Source: Promethearchaeota archaeon (GTDB lineage Archaea > Asgardarchaeota > Lokiarchaeia > Sigyniarchaeales > SOKP01). Taken from it: DNA of 62,479 nucleotides. Below, one piece after another: positions 36,962 to 46,813 of this stretch. Under the pieces are notes generated by a model. It did no database searches. It had not been told where the DNA came from and worked only from the letters and a program-made list of their open reading frames with translations. The translations under genes and the position numbers were made by a program. The stretch is from positions 1 through 62,479 of the forward strand of contig JAHLWH010000024.1 of NCBI GenBank assembly GCA_019058015.1, in the 5' to 3' direction. Position 1 is the stretch's first letter; every line of letters begins with the position of its first letter.

Positions 36962-38449
36962 TTATCTTCTTCGTCCTTTTTTATGCACAGCCATACCATG
37001 GACATCTTCAACACCTTCAAGAACCATTTCCGAAATTGTTGGATGACTGTGAATTGTCTCAGCAATTTGATGTGTAGTTAAATTATTTTTCATAGCGAGG
37101 GTGATTTCAGCAATCAGTTCTGGTGCTTCAGCACCAATGCAAGATGCCCCCAAAATTTCATCTGTTTCTTTATCGGCAAGCACCATAATGAAACCTTTAT
37201 CCTCTCCCATACATTTTGCCTTTCCTAAAGCAGCATAGGTAAATCGTCCCATAAAAGTGTCTAATCCTCTATCTTTCAGCGACTTTCTCCTCATTCCAAC
37301 TGAACCAATTTCCGGGCTCGTAAAGATGGTAGCAGGTACAATAGAATAATCTGTTTCTCTGGGATGTATATCGAAACCTCCGAGGCTTGATAATGCATTT
37401 GCAATGGCGATATCTCCCTCATAACTTGCAACATGTGCAAGCATGATCCCAGGAATTACATCACCAATAGCATAAATTCCTTTTAGACTTGTTTCTAAAG
37501 TGTTTGGATCTACTTTAATTGCACCTCGTTCGATTTCGATATTAAATTTTTCTAAACCCAAATTAGCAGACAATTTAGCTCTGCCTATAGAAACGAGACA
37601 ATATTCTGCTTCATAATATGATTTTTCTGCAGATTCAATTTGATCTCTAGGAACAGAAGCGGAACAAGTCGTAGCTTTTACTCCAGAACCTGTATTTTCT
37701 ATATTGATAACATTTTGATTCTCATAAATTACAATACCTAATTCATTAAATTTTGATTTTAATTCTTTCACAATCATCGGTTCTTCTGTTGCAAGAATTG
37801 TTGGTAAATATTCGAGAATAGTTACTTTTGAGCCAAATCGATTAAATATATTTGAAAATTCACAACCAATAACTCCGCCTCCAATTACTAAAAGACTTTT
37901 GGGAACTATTTTAAAATTTGGAGCAAGAATATCATCACTAGATAAAATTCGCTCATGATCAATATTAAATGCCGGAATCATTGCAGGGCAGCTTCCAGTA
38001 GCAATTATGATTCTCTTTCCTTTAATTGTTATAATCGAATCATCACTCTTCACCGAAACTAGATAACCACTTTCTGGATTTCCTCCGCTTAAAGAACCAA
38101 ATCCGTAATAGATTTCGACTTTCCACATTTTTAAAAGTCCTTCTATACCCTGAACTAATTCCACTACAACTTTATTCTTTCGTTCTACCGCTTGTCCAAA
38201 ATTTAATGAAACATCACTAATATTTATTCCAAAATTCGCTCCTTTTTCCTCAATATCTTCAATAAGTTTTGCGGAAGCATAAAGTGCTTTTGTAGGTATG
38301 CATCCAACATTAAGACATGTGCCTCCAACTTTGTTTTTCTCGATAATAGCTACTTTAGCACCATATTGAGAAGCTCTAATTGCAGTATGATAACCTCCTG
38401 GGCCAGCTCCAATAATAATAACATCAAAAATTTCACTCAAATTATCCAA
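36962..38449 (-). CDS. lpd: Dihydrolipoyl dehydrogenase (class I pyridine nucleotide-disulfide oxidoreductase)
   Basis: IIIGAGPGGY, the redox disulfide GGTCLNVGCIPTK, and the C-terminal interface motif HSHPTISE. Confidence 0.85.
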   Translation of the reverse strand: MDNLSEIFDVIIIGAGPGGYHTAIRASQYGAKVAIIEKNKVGGTCLNVGCIPTKALYASAKLIEDIEEKGANFGINISDVSLNFGQAVERKNKVVVELVQGIEGLLKMWKVEIYYGFGSLSGGNPESGYLVSVKSDDSIITIKGKRIIIATGSCPAMIPAFNIDHERILSSDDILAPNFKIVPKSLLVIGGGVIGCEFSNIFNRFGSKVTILEYLPTILATEEPMIVKELKSKFNELGIVIYENQNVINIENTGSGVKATTCSASVPRDQIESAEKSYYEAEYCLVSIGRAKLSANLGLEKFNIEIERGAIKVDPNTLETSLKGIYAIGDVIPGIMLAHVASYEGDIAIANALSSLGGFDIHPRETDYSIVPATIFTSPEIGSVGMRRKSLKDRGLDTFMGRFTYAALGKAKCMGEDKGFIMVLADKETDEILGASCIGAEAPELIAEITLAMKNNLTTHQIAETIHSHPTISEMVLEGVEDVHGMAVHKKGRRR

Positions 38450-38833
38450 ACTCCCTACTGTATAAATATTTTAATTTATATGTATTAATTAAGAATCAAT
38501 AAAATATTTTTTTAATTTAGATAATACAATTAATTGGTTTGTAAAAAGATATTTTTAAAAAATACAGTATAGCTTTCAATTTCATCAACAATTTTATTTT
38601 ATTTTAAAGAAAATTTCAGAAAAATAACAATTTTCACTTGTAATAATAAATTGTCATAATCCAAATATTCCATGATAGTAAGAAAAATATAAATACTCTT
38701 GCCCTATTATGTTTTATTAATTAAATTAATCCAAAATTCCAGTAAAATATTTATCTGTTATTACCCAATTTTATATAATTTATTAAATATAAGTACGAAA
38801 TTCTAATTGTTTTAAAGAGATAGTTGATCTGAG

Positions 38834-39289
38834 ATGAATAAAAAATCGCGAGATCATGATTTCAATGAAAATCTAAGGAGACTTTTCAATGAAGAAAAAT
38901 GGGAAGATAGAGCATATGCTGCAAGAAACCTCGGTTATATGAGAGATGGACGGGCAGTCAATTTACTAGTAAAAGCACTTAAATCCGAAAAGAATCCTTC
39001 GGTAGTAAATAGAATTATTGAAGCATTGGGCAGAATTGGGCATCCCAAGGCAACGATGAGTATTATAGAAGTTTTAAAAAGGGAAGTTGATAGAGAATTT
39101 ATAGATAAAATGCGCTTATTTTATATTATTGAAAGCCTAATGAAAATTGGTGATAAAAGGGCTTTGGCATATTTAAATATTTTATTTAATTCAAACGATA
39201 CAGAGATTAAAAATCTAACTCTAGAAGCATTTGATTGCATTGATCCACATTGGCAAGATAACATTGAAAAAGAAATGACTAATTTATAA
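38834..39289 (+). CDS. HEAT-repeat (PBS-lyase-type) protein
   Basis: Repeats of the type RAYAARNLGYMRDGRAVNLLVKALKSEKNPSVVNRIIEALGRIGHPKA. Confidence 0.6.
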   Translation: MNKKSRDHDFNENLRRLFNEEKWEDRAYAARNLGYMRDGRAVNLLVKALKSEKNPSVVNRIIEALGRIGHPKATMSIIEVLKREVDREFIDKMRLFYIIESLMKIGDKRALAYLNILFNSNDTEIKNLTLEAFDCIDPHWQDNIEKEMTNL

Positions 39290-39522
39290 GTAATTTAAAA
39301 ATAATTTTTTTAAGAACAAATCATATAAGGCGTTTAAGCTATTTATTCAGCTGATTCTAAATATGTATTTAAGTGTAAATTTGGATTATATTTTTAGATT
39401 TATGATCTTGAGACTTTATCTGAAAATTATTTTATGAATCAATATAAAAGTCTAATAATAATTTATTTTAAAAGAAGGTTGAATTGCATAAATTCTATTA
39501 GTATCAAAATTTGTATTTAAAA

Positions 39523-41017
39523 ATGAATAATAGAGAGAAAAAATTAGAAGAATCTTAAAAAAAAATATCATTCTTTAATAGAGGGATTAACTCATGTAGG
39601 GATTGGTATTGATATTATTAGTAATGATTATAAAATTCTGTTTCAAAATCAATTTTTAATGGAAAGATATGGTGATTTTACAGGAGAAATATGCTATGAA
39701 AATTATATGAACCTTAAAAAACAGTGCGATTTCTGTCCTATGGTAAAAGCAATAAAAAATAATCGGGTCGAGAGTGTAGAAATAACAGCCCCTGATGGAA
39801 AAATTTATGAAGTGATTTCAGCTCCATACCCAAACCCAGATGGGACCATTAATAAAGCTGCTGAAATTATTCTAGATATCACCAAGCGAAAGAATGCTGA
39901 GCAAAAATTAAAAGAATCAGAAGAAAAATATAGGGAATTGGTCGAATTATTACCTGATATAGTTGCCGAGGTCAATACTAAATTAGAGATAACATATGCT
40001 AATTCAATTGCATTTGAACTATTTGGGTATTCCCAAGAAGATTTTAATAAAGGTTTGAAAGTTATTCAAATGATTGCTCCCGAAGATTTAGAAAAGGCAA
40101 GTAAAAATATGAAAAAAGTTTTTAATGGAGAAATTATCGAACCTATCGATTATCTCCTATTAAAAAAGGATGGTACTAAATTTTATAGTAGAATAAATTC
40201 TCGACCAATTTATAAAGTAGGAAGAATTACGGGATTAAGATGTGTAATTAGTGATGTTACCGAGCGTAAAAAAATAGAGGCTGAATTAAAAGAATCAGAA
40301 GTAAAATACCGAGATGCTTTTAACCTTATTAGTTTTTATAAAGACGTATTTACTCATGATATGAATAATATCCTTCAAAACATCTTAACGTCTGTGGAAT
40401 TATTGTCCTTATTTTTGGACAACCCTGAAAAATCAGAAGAAAATAAGGAAATATTGCAAATTTTGAAAAGCCAAGTTAAGAGAAGTGCAAATTTAATCTT
40501 AAATGTACGAAAACTAACAAAACTGGAAGAAACTCAGATTGGTACCCAATCAACTGAAGCAATTAGTGTTTTAAGAAAAACAATAGAATTTATTAAAAAA
40601 AGTGTCCAAGATAGAGAGATACTAATTGAAGTTGATACAAATTTTGAAAAGGTCTTTATCCAAGCAAATGAACTCCTAGTCGATATTTTTGAAAATATTT
40701 TATTAAATGCAGTAAAATATAAACATAATACACAAGTCAAAATCACCATTATTATTTCGAAAATGCAAAAAGAAGGCATTAAATATTTGAAGATGGAATT
40801 TAAAGACAATGGAATAGGGGTAACAGATGCTGCAAAAGAAATAATTTTTCAAGGAGGATATAAAAGAGATAAAAAGTTAAAAGGTATGGGTTTAGGATTA
40901 TCACTTGTGAAAAAAATAGTACAAAGTTATAATGGAGAAATTTGGGTTGAAGACAGAGTTCCAGGCGATTACTCAAAAGGAAGTAATTTTGTGGTTATTA
41001 TTCCTGAAACTGTTTAA
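39523..41017 (+). CDS. PAS-PAS sensor histidine kinase; the annotated ATG (39659) truncates the first PAS domain, and full length needs a +1 shift at 39556
   Basis: The HATPase_c region is NAVKYK...DNGIGV...GMGLGLSLVKKIV. Two LKESE.KYR PAS linkers are present. The frame is open and PAS-like from 39548 with no start codon, and an ATG at 39523 lies in the -1 frame. Confidence 0.75.
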
Positions 41018-41145
41018 TTAAACCTTATTTTCTTTTATTCACGCCTTTAATTCTTCCAGTGATGCTATCGTTCTCCAAATTTTATCTTTATTTTTAAAAA
41101 TTATTAATTATAAATTAAATTGACAACTTAAATTATTGATTAAGG

Positions 41146-41607
41146 TTGTTAGATAAAGATAAATTAAGAAATGTTATTGGTTGGAAAAATGCTCCTGTCC
41201 CAATTTGTATGGGGGGGGATTATAGAGCATTAACATTCTGTTGTAAGCCAGGATATTCACTTACTTTTGGATTTAAGTGTTTGAGAGAGCATACATTAAA
41301 AGAAGTAGGACTAACTCCTGAAGAATTTATGAAAATTAAAGAACAATTTTCTAAAAAAAATAACTGGGATTCGGAAATTGTTTGTTTTGGTTCGATTTGT
41401 TATTGTTGCATGCGAGCAGGTGGATGTGAACACAGGGATCTTGCACTCTCTTTGAAATATCCCGATATGACTTGGAAAAAAGTAATGGAAACTTATTTCA
41501 AAAAGAAAAAAGCCCTTGCAGAGATTATATTAAAACATATTACTAATCCTTCTGCCCGAAAAGTAATATATAAAATAAAAGAAGAATGCCAAATTATTGA
41601 ACTATGA
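41146..41607 (+). CDS. Cys-rich hypothetical protein (probable metal / Fe-S binding)
   Basis: 153 aa with a TTG start. Cys clusters are PICMGG, FCCKPG and CFGSICYCCMRAGGCEH. There is an ATGA overlap with the DHH gene. Confidence 0.45.
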   Translation: MLDKDKLRNVIGWKNAPVPICMGGDYRALTFCCKPGYSLTFGFKCLREHTLKEVGLTPEEFMKIKEQFSKKNNWDSEIVCFGSICYCCMRAGGCEHRDLALSLKYPDMTWKKVMETYFKKKKALAEIILKHITNPSARKVIYKIKEECQIIEL

Positions 41608-42545
41608 TTATTTTAATAAATCATGCACTTGATCTAGATGGATTAGGAAGTCAAGCAATTTTGAAAAGATATTTTGAAAAAAAAGACGAGGAATTAAAAT
41701 TATTTTATGCAATCTATCCTAATTTTATTGAAATAATTCGCCAAGCCATAAATCTAAAGCCAAATAAAATTATTATCGCAGATATTGGATTTAATGAGTC
41801 ATTTAAGGAAATCTTTTCGATTTTTAAAAAGGTAGTAAATAAAGGTATTCAAATTTCTTGGTTTGACCATCATCTTGTAGATTCTCAGATACAAGAACAA
41901 TTAAAACGAATTTTATTCATTTATCTAAATGAGCCAAAACGGTGTGCTTCTCAAATTGTATTTGATTATTTTTTACCAAATGACCAAATTGCTAAAGAAA
42001 TCGCTGAATATGCATATGATGCTGATTTTAACGAGAAAAAGTTTCCAATATCCCAAAATTTACAGATGATTATTGCACATAATAGAGAAAACATTAAAAT
42101 TTTAGAAAAAATTGTTGACTTACTTTCAAAGGGAAAATTCAATGATTATTTTATCAAGAATGAAATAAATAAGGCTCAAAAATGGAGAAATGAGCAAATT
42201 ATTAAGATTGAGGATAATTATAAAACATATTCTATAGAAAATGGTGAAAATTTAGCAATTTCATTCGCGAAATTTAGCGCAAGCAGAATTAGTAGAATAC
42301 TTGAGGAGAAATATCCCAATAATTATCTTTTTATTGGGTTTGATGAACGTACAAACGAAGTAGTAATTAGGAGCAAATATTATAATTGTCGAAATATAGC
42401 CATCAGTTATGGAGGTGGAGGTCATATTGAGCGCGCAGGATTTTCTTCAAATATAATATTAATTAAAAATGAAGAAATAAACAAGGATCAATTAACAATA
42501 AATGAGGAGTTCATTAGAGATTTTATTAAAAAATTAAGGGATTAA
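41604..42545 (+). CDS. DHH/DHHA1 phosphoesterase (NrnA-like)
   Basis: LDLDGLGS (DxD), WFDHHLVD (DHH) and GGGGHIERAGF (DHHA1 GGGH). Confidence 0.75.
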   Translation: MIILINHALDLDGLGSQAILKRYFEKKDEELKLFYAIYPNFIEIIRQAINLKPNKIIIADIGFNESFKEIFSIFKKVVNKGIQISWFDHHLVDSQIQEQLKRILFIYLNEPKRCASQIVFDYFLPNDQIAKEIAEYAYDADFNEKKFPISQNLQMIIAHNRENIKILEKIVDLLSKGKFNDYFIKNEINKAQKWRNEQIIKIEDNYKTYSIENGENLAISFAKFSASRISRILEEKYPNNYLFIGFDERTNEVVIRSKYYNCRNIAISYGGGGHIERAGFSSNIILIKNEEINKDQLTINEEFIRDFIKKLRD

Positions 42546-42555
42546 TTCAGCCATA

Positions 42556-43206
42556 CTAATCGATGTTAATGTTTTTTTCTCTTCCTGTAATTTTATTAAG
42601 CTTAATCTCTAATATGCCATTTTTATAACGGGCTTTAGCATAATCAGGGTCTATAGCACTTTTTAAATTAATAGTCTTTCTATATTTTCTATTATTAATA
42701 TCCGATTCTGCATTAATAGTTAAGGAATACTCTGTCGCCTTTAACTCAATATCGTTTTTGTTTATTCCTGGCATTTCCACAACTATAATGACAAAGTCTC
42801 CCTCTTCCATAACCTCAGTGAGAGGTTCACGAAAGTTCTTTACTATTTCTCTCTTTCCCATTTTTGGTTGAATATTGCCAAACTTTGAAATTTTTGGCTT
42901 CCCATTAGGTCCAACAGATAAATTAATGCCATATAAAAACGGTCCCTGCAAATTAAATTTATCGCGATATTTTCCTAAGCTTTTCATTAATTCTTCAGGT
43001 GTGAGTTTGCCGAAATTGGTAAAATCTTTAGTTTGCTTTAAAAAGTCCTTCATAATTTTATTAATAATGTTCTTAAAAAAATTTGAATCACCTAAAAATT
43101 TAAAGTTTCCCCAGAGGTCGCCCCATTCATCATTTTGGTCAAATTTATCTTCATCTTCATCATCATTATTTTTCTTACTCATAACATTTCCACCTTTTTT
43201 ATCCAA
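42556..43206 (-). CDS. Hsp20/alpha-crystallin small heat-shock protein with an acidic N-terminal extension
   Basis: The C-terminal FVIIVVEMPGINKNDIELKATEYSLTINAES...AKARYKNGILEIKLNK is an alpha-crystallin domain pattern. Confidence 0.75.
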   Translation of the reverse strand: MDKKGGNVMSKKNNDDEDEDKFDQNDEWGDLWGNFKFLGDSNFFKNIINKIMKDFLKQTKDFTNFGKLTPEELMKSLGKYRDKFNLQGPFLYGINLSVGPNGKPKISKFGNIQPKMGKREIVKNFREPLTEVMEEGDFVIIVVEMPGINKNDIELKATEYSLTINAESDINNRKYRKTINLKSAIDPDYAKARYKNGILEIKLNKITGREKNINID

Positions 43207-43345
43207 ATTCTATTAACATAAATTTAATAACGATTATTTAAATTAAACAATTATATATAAGAAAGGAATGGCTAATAAATATATATTTAATCAATTATAT
43301 CTTCAAAATTAAGATTTTAAATTAAAAAATAATAGCGAAATTCTC

Positions 43346-45292
43346 ATGTTTAAAGAGTTTAATGAAGATGAAAAAGAATTATATTTAGATGTTTTAAGAG
43401 AAGGAACTTTTACACCTTTTGATAAATTTGTATCTCGTGGAGATTTGCCTGATGTAATTGATATTGCAAATCCAAGAAAAGAGATTGATAAAATTATTTT
43501 CCGAGCAATAAAACAAACAAATAGAGATAAGTCAACTAGGCTAATCCCAATTCTAGGTAGCGCCGGAAGTGGAAAAACTCACGCATTTTGGGCTTATAAA
43601 GATAAAATTGGGCAAGTGGAAGAATTTGAAGTAGAAGGCTTAGAACCTATAAATTGGACAATTGTATACGTTCCCTCGCCTCCAGCAAGCGTTAGAGTAT
43701 TACTTCATATTTATACATGTATTATAGAAGAATTAGGAGTAGATGTTATAAAAACTGTTTCAGAAAAATTAGTAACCAAGTGGGGTGGAAAGAAAAGAGG
43801 ATTTTTCAGTAGACCTAAAGCTGATGATGTTATTTCGCGTGGAATAAGAGAATTTCCGGGGGTTGGTGCTGATATTGTCAAAGCATTAGTCTATTTTCGT
43901 TTAGAAAAAGATAAAAGAGCGTTAGCTGAACGCTGGTTACTTGGGGAAGATCTTGAAGATGATGAATTAGATGATTTAGGAATAAATAGTGTAATCGAGG
44001 ATGATGACACTTGTCTGGCAATGATAAAAATAATTACAGAAAATTTGGGCAAAGTAATTGTATTGTATTTTGATGAGATCGAATCTCCTTATAGGATGCA
44101 TGGAGAGCTTGCTGAAAGGAAATTCTTAGAAGTATTAAAAAAGCAATATAATGAAGTTCAAAAATTAGTTATAGTGATTGCAGTTCTGAAAGAAATATGG
44201 CCACGTATATTGGAGATTGCCGACCAACCATTACGTTCTCGAATGGAACCCGAACAAGAACTCAAACCATTTAGTTTAAATGATTTAAAACTTTTCTTTG
44301 CAAATACTATGGAGCATTATTGGGACCAGAATAATTTAAATCCACCCTTATATCCGCTTTTTCCCTTAAATGAGGAAGTAATAAATGTAATTTATGAAAA
44401 ATCAGGGGGAAATCCAAGGGATGTAATTAAATTGTGCAATAGATTTATTGATAAAATAATTAATAAGGAGATGTCTCTTGAAGAATTATCTTTAATGGAG
44501 GTAGATATTGTAGCTACAGCTCAACCTCCTTCAATCTCTGCAGATACAGCAATATTTTCATCTAAAGTATCAGCAGCTCGTAAAAAGATTGAAGAAATAT
44601 TTGACACCGAATATCTCATTAAAGTTAATCCAGCTTCAATTGCAGGAGCTGCGTTAAAAAGTATTATTGACTTAGGAGAAGTGAATAAAAAGGATTTTAA
44701 TTATGAAATGGAATATAAATTTAAAATCGGGAAACGAGAATACACTATTGCTGCAATGATTGAATTCGGTATGAAAAAGTGGGGTTTGGAAATTCCTTCT
44801 ATAAAAACATTTGATAGAAGTGGAGGAGTGGCAGCATATTATGCTGCAAAAAGATTAAATGATGCTATTATTAATGGAGCAATAACGAATGGAATTTTAA
44901 TTGTCCCTAGGGGAACTGCAGGGAAGAAATTTTCTTTAATTCTTGAAAGGGCACCTGAAATTGTTAAGTTTGAGATAAATGATGAAGAAGGGGAGGAATT
45001 AATTCGTTCTGCTATGCGATATCCATCAAGAATTGGTTGGGATATGGCAAAAACAACATTCGAGCAAATTGAAGATTATTCTCCTCCAGAAGAGGAGAGT
45101 CTAACCGATACAATGGAGGAAAGAACTAAAATTGAAGAAGATTTCATCGAAATTAAGGATATTCCAACCGAAATCAAGGTGGATATGGTTAACGAAACTC
45201 AAGAAGATAGTCTTGAAGAAGAAAAAGAAGAAGAAAGTGGAGAATCTATGGAAAAAATTGAAGATAATACAGATTTAGATGATTTTTTTTAG
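43346..45292 (+). CDS. P-loop NTPase (ORC/Cdc6-like AAA layout) with a strongly acidic C-terminal tail
   Basis: Walker A is ILGSAGSGKTH and Walker B-like is VIVLYFDEIES. The C-terminus is EEEKEEESGESMEKIEDNTDLDDFF. Confidence 0.55.
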   Translation: MFKEFNEDEKELYLDVLREGTFTPFDKFVSRGDLPDVIDIANPRKEIDKIIFRAIKQTNRDKSTRLIPILGSAGSGKTHAFWAYKDKIGQVEEFEVEGLEPINWTIVYVPSPPASVRVLLHIYTCIIEELGVDVIKTVSEKLVTKWGGKKRGFFSRPKADDVISRGIREFPGVGADIVKALVYFRLEKDKRALAERWLLGEDLEDDELDDLGINSVIEDDDTCLAMIKIITENLGKVIVLYFDEIESPYRMHGELAERKFLEVLKKQYNEVQKLVIVIAVLKEIWPRILEIADQPLRSRMEPEQELKPFSLNDLKLFFANTMEHYWDQNNLNPPLYPLFPLNEEVINVIYEKSGGNPRDVIKLCNRFIDKIINKEMSLEELSLMEVDIVATAQPPSISADTAIFSSKVSAARKKIEEIFDTEYLIKVNPASIAGAALKSIIDLGEVNKKDFNYEMEYKFKIGKREYTIAAMIEFGMKKWGLEIPSIKTFDRSGGVAAYYAAKRLNDAIINGAITNGILIVPRGTAGKKFSLILERAPEIVKFEINDEEGEELIRSAMRYPSRIGWDMAKTTFEQIEDYSPPEEESLTDTMEERTKIEEDFIEIKDIPTEIKVDMVNETQEDSLEEEKEEESGESMEKIEDNTDLDDFF

Positions 45293-46195
45293 CAAATTTT
45301 TAATTATCTCATCATTTTGTCTTATATTTTCAGAAAGGTTAGAGCAATTTTTACACAAATTAATTAATTCATTTAAATCTGTAATAATTAAATCATCATC
45401 GAGTTTTTCAGAGAGTTCTACAGCCTTATCGATGTGTTCTATCGCTTGTAAATAGTATCCGTCTTTTTTAAAATCAATTTCACTTAAGAGATATTTAAAA
45501 TTCTTATAAGCTTCATCTCGTTCCCTTAAATAAGTTGGATAATTTTCAGCAGTTTTTGCCTTTTCCTCTAATACTTTATGAATTTCAAATTCTTCTATTT
45601 TTTTTGCGAGTTCTGCTGCTTTTATATAATGTTTTTTAGCATTTTTATAATCCTGAGTATTAAATAATTCTTCCGCAATTTTAACTGATTTAGCAATCTC
45701 ATCAGGAATAATCTCACCCAAATCAATTAAATTTCTTGCTTCTTGGATCCTTTCCTCATCTAGAAGATCTTTTATTCGTTCATTAAGTTTTTCTCGAATT
45801 AATTTAGGTTCTTTTAATTTCTCATCTAATTCAATTCTTGAATGAAGAATTTCTTTTAAAAGAAATTTTAATTTTTCTTTATCTTTAGAAAAATTTTCCA
45901 CGATTTTTGCTTCAATTTCATCAAAAATTGCTATAAAAGAGTCAATAAACTCTCCTGATGTTGTTACTAAACCTAAATATATTGATAATTTTTCATCTAA
46001 TTTAATTTCTTTTGAATAATACTTTAAATCATCCTTTGTATGAGTAATATAATTTAAGTCTGATTTTTTTAAATGATTATCTCCTAAGTTTTTTAATATC
46101 TCTTTCGTTATTCCAATCTCCTTAATATAATATTCTGCCAAAAGATTAGGACCAAATGATTCGTCTATTTCATATAAAAAAATTCCAAGGGGCAT
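45275..46195 (-). CDS. Hypothetical protein: N-terminal alpha/beta domain plus TPR/MIT-like helical C-terminus
   Basis: 306 aa. Helical-hairpin segments include QDYKNAKKHYIKAAELAKKI and GYYLQAIEHIDKAVELSEKL. The 3' end overlaps the ATPase gene by 18 nt. Confidence 0.4.
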   Translation of the reverse strand: MPLGIFLYEIDESFGPNLLAEYYIKEIGITKEILKNLGDNHLKKSDLNYITHTKDDLKYYSKEIKLDEKLSIYLGLVTTSGEFIDSFIAIFDEIEAKIVENFSKDKEKLKFLLKEILHSRIELDEKLKEPKLIREKLNERIKDLLDEERIQEARNLIDLGEIIPDEIAKSVKIAEELFNTQDYKNAKKHYIKAAELAKKIEEFEIHKVLEEKAKTAENYPTYLRERDEAYKNFKYLLSEIDFKKDGYYLQAIEHIDKAVELSEKLDDDLIITDLNELINLCKNCSNLSENIRQNDEIIKNLLKKII

Positions 46196-46234
46196 TTTTA
46201 AAAATTCACATCTATTCTTTCTTGTTATCTTTTT

Positions 46235-46540
46235 TCATAAAATAATCATTTGTTCTTTTAAAATACATTCTTTAAGAGAAGGGTGTATAGATTTATATGT
46301 AAGAACATCTACTTTCCACTTTAATAGTTCCTGAAGTTCTAATTTTAAAGCAGCAAGATCTAATAAGCTCTTTCTTCCCTCAAATTCAATTAATAAATCT
46401 ATGTCGCTTTTATCTGAAGCTTCTCCTCTCATAATTGACCCAAATAAAGACGCTTTTTTGACATTGTATTGTTTAAGGACATTCAAGATTTTACCTTTAA
46501 TATTTTCGATTTTATGAGACAATATATTAATCTCACTCAT
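46235..46540 (-). CDS. Solitary minimal nucleotidyltransferase (MNT-type)
   Basis: SLFGSIMRGEASDKSDIDLLIEF. No HEPN ORF is adjacent. Confidence 0.75.
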   Translation of the reverse strand: MSEINILSHKIENIKGKILNVLKQYNVKKASLFGSIMRGEASDKSDIDLLIEFEGRKSLLDLAALKLELQELLKWKVDVLTYKSIHPSLKECILKEQMIIL

Positions 46541-46813
46541 TTAATTTTAGTGAATAAATAAAAGTGTAAATCAAATTTAAAATATTAGTAAAATCAAGAT
46601 TATTAAGTGTTTTCAATAAAAATTAAGAATTAAAATTTTTAAAGATGTTTTTTCTATCCCAATAGAAACTCTTTAAAATGCCGTTTCACATATTTTAGAT
46701 TTTTGACACCCTTGTTAAAATCTAACGTCAAATTTGTAAGAAATCTTATATTGTTATCAGTTTAATATTTATTTTATTACCCTTAAAAAATAAATCAATA
46801 ATAGTGAGTAAAA

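Noticed and set aside
39557-39565. Slippage in the A9 homopolymer might explain the histidine kinase frame break.
   Set aside because: The leader frame already stops at TAA 39556-39558, before the run can change the frame. The kinase frame has a TAG at 39545-39547. The frame change must therefore occur within 39548-39556, which points to the TCT-T junction rather than the A run.
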